A stretch of DNA of 10,936 bases, from contig JAEOSH010000065.1 of the NCBI GenBank assembly GCA_016840465.1, positions 1 to 10,936 of the forward strand, given 5' to 3'. The notes under the pieces are model-generated. The model ran no database searches and was not told the origin of the DNA. It saw only the letters and a program-made list of their open reading frames with translations. The DNA is from Candidatus Baldrarchaeum yapensis (lineage in GTDB: Archaea > Asgardarchaeota > Baldrarchaeia > Baldrarchaeales > Baldrarchaeaceae). This document shows positions 6,742 through 10,936 of the stretch, in pieces; the stretch's first letter is position 1; the number at the start of each line of letters is the position of its first letter. Made by a program: the position numbers and the translations under genes.

Positions 6742-8250
6742 ATGAGAGAGATGAGAGATTTCATAAATGAAGTTCTAAAGGAAGCAACACTCATAGAAAA
6801 CCCTAAGGAGACCTTTTTAGAGAATGCATCTAAGGGATACGCGGTTCCCAACAAGCTGGGAGTTTTGCTTTTCCACACGAGAGTACGCGCAAGAAGCCCT
6901 CAGAAAACTATAGAGAACGTGAATCTCCTTCCGGAAGAGGAGAAGAAAAAGATAATTGAAGAGTTGGAAAAGGTGAGGGAGTTTCTCCGAGGAAAGAAGT
7001 TGATAGTTGTCGACAGAAATATAGGAAACACTGATAGGTTCCGCATGAGGGCACGCGCGATCATTTCTGCAAAGTACCCTCACCTTGCACTAATGTTTGC
7101 GAGAAACTACTTCCCGCCTAGCGGAGATACGGATATTCCCGAAATAGTCTCGCTGTGCATACCCGAATGGCCCTACGTGAAGGTGATCGTGGATCCCGAG
7201 GAGCTAATAAACATAATCCTAGGCGTCGACTACTACGGAGAGCTGAAGATGAGTTTTCTGAGACTGGCGATGAACTATGCGCGTGACAAGATGGGAATGC
7301 TTGGGTTGCACGCGGGAAGTAAACTCTACATTGTGCGCAACAACAATGGAGAATTTGTAAAGCGTGGAGTGCTGATCTTCGGGCTCAGCGGGACCGGCAA
7401 GTCCACCGTTACGATGGCGAACAATGGACTATCACCGGGAGAGAGAGTAGTGGTCCGACAAGATGATATCGTCATTCTGACCCCTGATGGAATGGCACTT
7501 GGAACGGAGCGAAATCTTTACCCCAAGACCGATAGCATAAACAGCATACCTCCACTTCTTCAGGCAGTAAAACACCCCCTGACGATATTGGAGAATGTTG
7601 CAGTTAAAGACGATGGGACTGTAGACTTCGACGATGTGGACTTCTGTCCAAACGGCAGAGCCATAATAATAAGGCGGGCGATCCCGCTGACTGATGAGAG
7701 GGTTGATCTAGAGAGGGTCGACATTCTCCTATTTCTGACGAGGAGGAAGGAGATGCCCATTGCCGCCAAGACCTGTTCACCGGGACAGGCGGTAGCGTAC
7801 TTCATGTTAGGAGAGTCAATAATGACCTCGGCGGGAACCATGAAGAAAGAGGAGATGGGCAGACCCATCAGGGTGCCCGGATTCGACCCCTTCATGTTGC
7901 AACCCAAGTCCAGGACCGCGAACCTCTTGTATAAGTTCCTGAAGAGGCATACCCACGTCCAGACATGCATTTTAAACACCGGATACGTGGGGGACGTGAA
8001 GGTAACGCCGGAGGACACCATGAAGACCGTCCTCTCAATAGTCAAGGGGACGATAAAATGGAAGTACGACCCGAACCTCAAGATGGAGGTTCCCGCCGAG
8101 ATACCGGGCGTCGACCTGGAGAAGTACGACCCCTACCGCATCTTCGGAGAGGAGAAGTATAAGGAGATAATGGAGAGGCTGAGGGAGGATAGAATAAGAT
8201 ACCTGCGGGAGAACTTTCCAGATCTGGAGTATTTATTCGATCATGTCTAA
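6742..8250 (+). CDS. pckA: Phosphoenolpyruvate carboxykinase (ATP) (about 502 aa)
   Basis: YYGELKMSFL, LGLHAG, kinase-1 FGLSGTGKST, kinase-2 RQDDIVIL, NGRAII, YFMLGES and LNTGYVG are ATP-type PEPCK motifs. The start is ATG 6742 (or 6751) rather than TTG 6712. Confidence 0.9.
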   Translation: MREMRDFINEVLKEATLIENPKETFLENASKGYAVPNKLGVLLFHTRVRARSPQKTIENVNLLPEEEKKKIIEELEKVREFLRGKKLIVVDRNIGNTDRFRMRARAIISAKYPHLALMFARNYFPPSGDTDIPEIVSLCIPEWPYVKVIVDPEELINIILGVDYYGELKMSFLRLAMNYARDKMGMLGLHAGSKLYIVRNNNGEFVKRGVLIFGLSGTGKSTVTMANNGLSPGERVVVRQDDIVILTPDGMALGTERNLYPKTDSINSIPPLLQAVKHPLTILENVAVKDDGTVDFDDVDFCPNGRAIIIRRAIPLTDERVDLERVDILLFLTRRKEMPIAAKTCSPGQAVAYFMLGESIMTSAGTMKKEEMGRPIRVPGFDPFMLQPKSRTANLLYKFLKRHTHVQTCILNTGYVGDVKVTPEDTMKTVLSIVKGTIKWKYDPNLKMEVPAEIPGVDLEKYDPYRIFGEEKYKEIMERLREDRIRYLRENFPDLEYLFDHV

Positions 8251-8297
8251 ATTACCATCCCTCTCTCTTATCAAAACCTGAAGATCATTAAGATAGG

Positions 8298-8774
8298 TTA
8301 GGGAATTGTTCTAACTTTTATCTTCAATTTCTCTCTTTTTGAGAAATACTCGACCACGGAATTTATCGCTTTATCGTTCGAGAGAAAAATTACCGTGTGA
8401 CCCTTCCGTGCGAAATAAATAGCAAGCCCTATTACCGTGTGGTCCGCTTTTACCTTATCTGGTGATATACCCTCTATTTTTGCGATGCGCAGACGCGCTT
8501 CGTCCATCACCTTGGATACTGACCGGAAATCCATCTCCGGAATCCTAATCGTCCCCCTTTCTATAAGCGATATTATTTCGGATACGGATCTTTTGATCTT
8601 ATCCCGTAACTCGGGGAGTTTTATCCGGCTCAGTACCTTTAGTGGTTTATCCACAAGTTCCTCGTATATTCTCCTAGTTATGAACACGGTTTTTCCCTTA
8701 AGCGAGGTTGCCAGCTGCCCCCTCCTCTGAAGGGCTATTATTGCGCTGGAGTTTGCAATTATGACTTCGGGCAT
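8298..8774 (-). CDS. PIN-domain protein, VapC-like toxin of the COG2405/DUF3368 type (158 aa)
   Basis: VIIANSSAIIAL...VFITRRIYEEL...KADHTVIGLA...FLSNDK follows the PIN pattern. It lies 9 nt downstream of a UPF0175-containing gene. Confidence 0.72.
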   Translation of the reverse strand: MPEVIIANSSAIIALQRRGQLATSLKGKTVFITRRIYEELVDKPLKVLSRIKLPELRDKIKRSVSEIISLIERGTIRIPEMDFRSVSKVMDEARLRIAKIEGISPDKVKADHTVIGLAIYFARKGHTVIFLSNDKAINSVVEYFSKREKLKIKVRTIP

Positions 8775-8783
8775 AGGAAATCA

Positions 8784-9251
8784 CTAGATATACCCGTTTT
8801 CCTCAAGGAGCGCATACGCCTCCACGTATGTCACCCCAAGCATTTCAGCCGCGTCATATATGCTTAGCTTTCCTTCCTTAACAAGCGGACCTATTTCGCG
8901 CAACTTCTTTACTATTTCAATTCCCCTTTCCTTAATAATATCGGCCGTCATACGCGTTTTCTCCCGCTCAAGTACGCTCCCTACGACTTCGGGCGATATG
9001 ACTATCCGGAACTCACGAACTCTGTAAAGTGTCGCATTACCAGTTCTAAATTTCTCCACAATACCAGCCCTTTCCATCTCTGTAAGATACTTCCTCACGG
9101 TTGAGATGGGAATCCCCACTTCTTCTGCAAGATCTTCTGCGCTCATAGTCTTACCGCGAAGCACTGCCAAAAGTCTCAGAACACCAACCCGACTGAGTAC
9201 ACGTAATATGAACGCAAGCGTGTCCAAAGAACTTATGTTCATCCCGTTCAT
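8784..9251 (-). CDS. ArsR-like winged-HTH regulator fused to a C-terminal UPF0175 (COG2886)-type antitoxin module (about 155 aa)
   Basis: N-terminal wHTH RLLAVLRGKTMSAEDLAEEVGIPISTVRKYLTEMERAGIVEKFRTGNATLYRV. C-terminal GKLSIYDAAEMLGVTYVEAYALLEENGY resembles the UPF0175 pattern. The start is ATG 9251 or TTG 9257. Confidence 0.78.
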   Translation of the reverse strand: MNGMNISSLDTLAFILRVLSRVGVLRLLAVLRGKTMSAEDLAEEVGIPISTVRKYLTEMERAGIVEKFRTGNATLYRVREFRIVISPEVVGSVLEREKTRMTADIIKERGIEIVKKLREIGPLVKEGKLSIYDAAEMLGVTYVEAYALLEENGYI

Positions 9252-9265
9252 TGACAAATCAGCCC

Positions 9266-9278
9266 CTTATACTTTATA
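9266..9278 (-). promoter_or_regulatory. Candidate TATA box(es) for the antitoxin-PIN operon
   Basis: Tandem TATAAAG-TATAAG on the minus strand, 15-27 nt upstream of ATG 9251. Confidence 0.35.
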
Positions 9279-9444
9279 CGTCATGAGGTGCGACAATGAA
9301 TATAAAATATGAAGTATGTTTTAAAATTCATGTTTCATGTCTTTGATTTAGAGGTTGTCTCTTAAAAATTATGTACATGTACTTTGATCATGAAGTGAAA
9401 TCCTTAGGGAAATGCTATTATTTCCACTATTAGAGGGTTGTAAA

Positions 9445-10629
9445 ATGCGGGTCTCGGTACTTCTGCTCCTGTGCATGCTTGGGTTCTTCGCGATCATGAG
9501 TTCCACGGCTTCCAAATCCCCAACGCTACCTCTCTATGCTAAACATCTTGGTCTGAATCCGTTCGAAATAGGTCTGGTTGCAGCGGCATCCACGATCACG
9601 GGAATCTTCGTAAACTTCTCCGCCGGCTATCTATCCGACATTTATGGGCGTAAGAAACTCCTCCTCGTAAGTGGTTTTGTCTTCATGACGGCACCGTTCC
9701 TCTACCTCTTTGTATTAAACGCTTGGGAATTTACCGCCGTCAGAGTATATCACGGGGTTGCGACAGCTATATTCGTGCCCGTGGCCACAGCGCTCGTGGC
9801 TGATCTTTACACATCTGAGAAGGGGAAGATGATGGGGATCTTCTCCACCGCCAGAACACTAGGGAGGCTGATAGCACCCACCCTTGCGGGCGTATTAATA
9901 TACGCTTACAGCTTTCACTTCACCTTCATAGTATGTGGGCTCCTCGGAACAATGGCATTCGCTCTGGTGATCCTTCTTCCCTCTGGCCATGAAGCACCGA
10001 AAATAAATACATTTAGGGAGAATGTGCCACCGGAAAATGCCAAAGACCCTATTGATAAATACGCTATCGGAATGCTTCTGTCGGTGGGTCTTGTGGAGGC
10101 CTCAACGTACTTCGCCATGCAAGGGGTCGAAACATTCCTCCCTCTCTACAGTAATGAATTTGTGGAAAATCCATGGCTCGTGGGCCTGATATTCACGCTA
10201 CAGCTTTCAATAATAGCGGCATTGAAACCATTGATGGGTGCGCTCTCTGACAGGGTGGGAAGACTGCCAGTTATAGCCTTAGGGGTATCAACATCGGCCC
10301 TCGGGATGGTGGTACTCTCCCTCTCCTCGAGTGTGGTAATGGTAATATTATCAATAGTTATCTTCGCGACGGGGGTCTCCATGAGCACCGCCGCTACGGC
10401 ACCACTTGCGGCGGAAACCTTGGGAAAAGGATCCCATGGAACCGCAATAGGAACTCTTGAGACAATAAAGGACATAGGACAGGCGCTAGGACCGATAATT
10501 GTGGGATTTATCGCTCTCACGACCTCATATGGGTATGCCTTCCTAATCGCCGCCCTTGTAGAAATAATCGCCCTCGCAATAATACTCATAATGTTCAGGA
10601 TCATGCATAATAAAATTCGGCAGATGTGA
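9445..10629 (+). CDS. Major facilitator superfamily transporter, 12-TM DHA1-like (394 aa)
   Basis: MFS motif A in both halves (GYLSDIYGRKKLL, GALSDRVGRLPVI) and a hydrophobic two-domain layout with a central hydrophilic loop. The start at ATG 9445 follows SD GAGGG. Confidence 0.92.
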   Translation: MRVSVLLLLCMLGFFAIMSSTASKSPTLPLYAKHLGLNPFEIGLVAAASTITGIFVNFSAGYLSDIYGRKKLLLVSGFVFMTAPFLYLFVLNAWEFTAVRVYHGVATAIFVPVATALVADLYTSEKGKMMGIFSTARTLGRLIAPTLAGVLIYAYSFHFTFIVCGLLGTMAFALVILLPSGHEAPKINTFRENVPPENAKDPIDKYAIGMLLSVGLVEASTYFAMQGVETFLPLYSNEFVENPWLVGLIFTLQLSIIAALKPLMGALSDRVGRLPVIALGVSTSALGMVVLSLSSSVVMVILSIVIFATGVSMSTAATAPLAAETLGKGSHGTAIGTLETIKDIGQALGPIIVGFIALTTSYGYAFLIAALVEIIALAIILIMFRIMHNKIRQM

Positions 10630-10631
10630 AT

Positions 10632-10707
10632 AGTACTTCTGAAAACTCCCTCTCGAAGAAGGACTGGACGAGAAAATGTCGATTACTTAGAAAGTTTCGG
10701 AAGTACT
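10632..10707. repeat. 76-bp segment bounded by 13-bp inverted repeats and AAT direct repeats
   Basis: AGTACTTCTGAAA (10632-10644) pairs with TTTCGGAAGTACT (10695-10707), 12 of 13 positions. AAT flanks both sides (10629-10631 and 10708-10710). Confidence 0.45.
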
Positions 10708-10786
10708 AATAATGTGAAGACTCTCCCCAGAGAGGACATCAATAACCTCTTGAAGAATAAAAGTCCCACGCGTTGCATCGTCGATC

Positions 10787-10936
10787 TCAAAGTTCCTTGC
10801 CTATGATCAACTCTATTCCGTGCCTTTCGGCTAACTCCTTTATTTCTCTCGACACTCTCCTAGGTGCTGTCAATATTATCAGAAATAGCATCGCCCTTCT
10901 CCCGTATTTCTTCTCCGCAACCCTCGCCTTTCTCAG
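10787..10936 (-). CDS. 3' end of a gene entering from the right edge; resembles the C-terminus of archaeal PD-(D/E)XK nuclease-domain proteins (DUF3782/DUF1626-like)
   Basis: Open frame LRKARVAEKKYGRRAMLFLIILTAPRRVSREIKELAERHGIELIIGKEL*, stop at 10789-10787. The helix, hydrophobic strand and 'ELAERHGIELI' ending are typical of such domains. It is not in the ORF track. Confidence 0.65.
   Translation of the reverse strand: MRKARVAEKKYGRRAMLFLIILTAPRRVSREIKELAERHGIELIIGKEL

Noticed and set aside
9281-9393. Recurrent CATG and short palindromes such as GTACATGTAC between the TA operon and the MFS gene
   Set aside because: They are short, irregularly spaced and in AT-rich DNA, so not distinguishable from chance by eye.
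270-10604. Remaining ORF-track entries overlapping called genes (e.g. 270..461, 886..1200, 1412..1753, 1677..2063, 2200..2499, 5281..5988, 7560..8081, 10146..10604)
   Set aside because: They are antisense or alternate-frame shadows of well-supported genes and show no family motifs.

Overview
Archaeal DNA, judged from GGTGAT-type Shine-Dalgarno sites, BRE/TATA promoters, an MJ-type archaeal ATPase and an archaeal-type toxin-antitoxin pair; the lineage cannot be assigned from this window. Left to right: the 5' end of a minus-strand gene running off the left edge, coupled to a small membrane protein; a nitrilase-family C-N hydrolase (+); a translationally coupled minus-strand operon of a class I SAM methyltransferase and an HgcAB-like fusion (corrinoid domain, membrane helices, 2x[4Fe-4S] ferredoxin); a divergent ICMT/PEMT-family membrane methyltransferase (+); an ATPase-wHTH-PD-(D/E)XK protein (+) preceded by a 16-bp-periodic, doubly palindromic repeat; about 730 bp of unexplained sequence; ATP-dependent PEP carboxykinase (+); a PIN toxin with an ArsR-wHTH/UPF0175 fused antitoxin (-); an MFS transporter (+); and the 3' end of a probable PD-(D/E)XK nuclease-domain gene (-). 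The best candidate for an uncharacterised system is the methyl-transfer cluster at 1746-4243, which looks like a membrane SAM/cobalamin methylation module whose substrate is probably not mercury. Family assignments come from motif recognition only; no searches were run.
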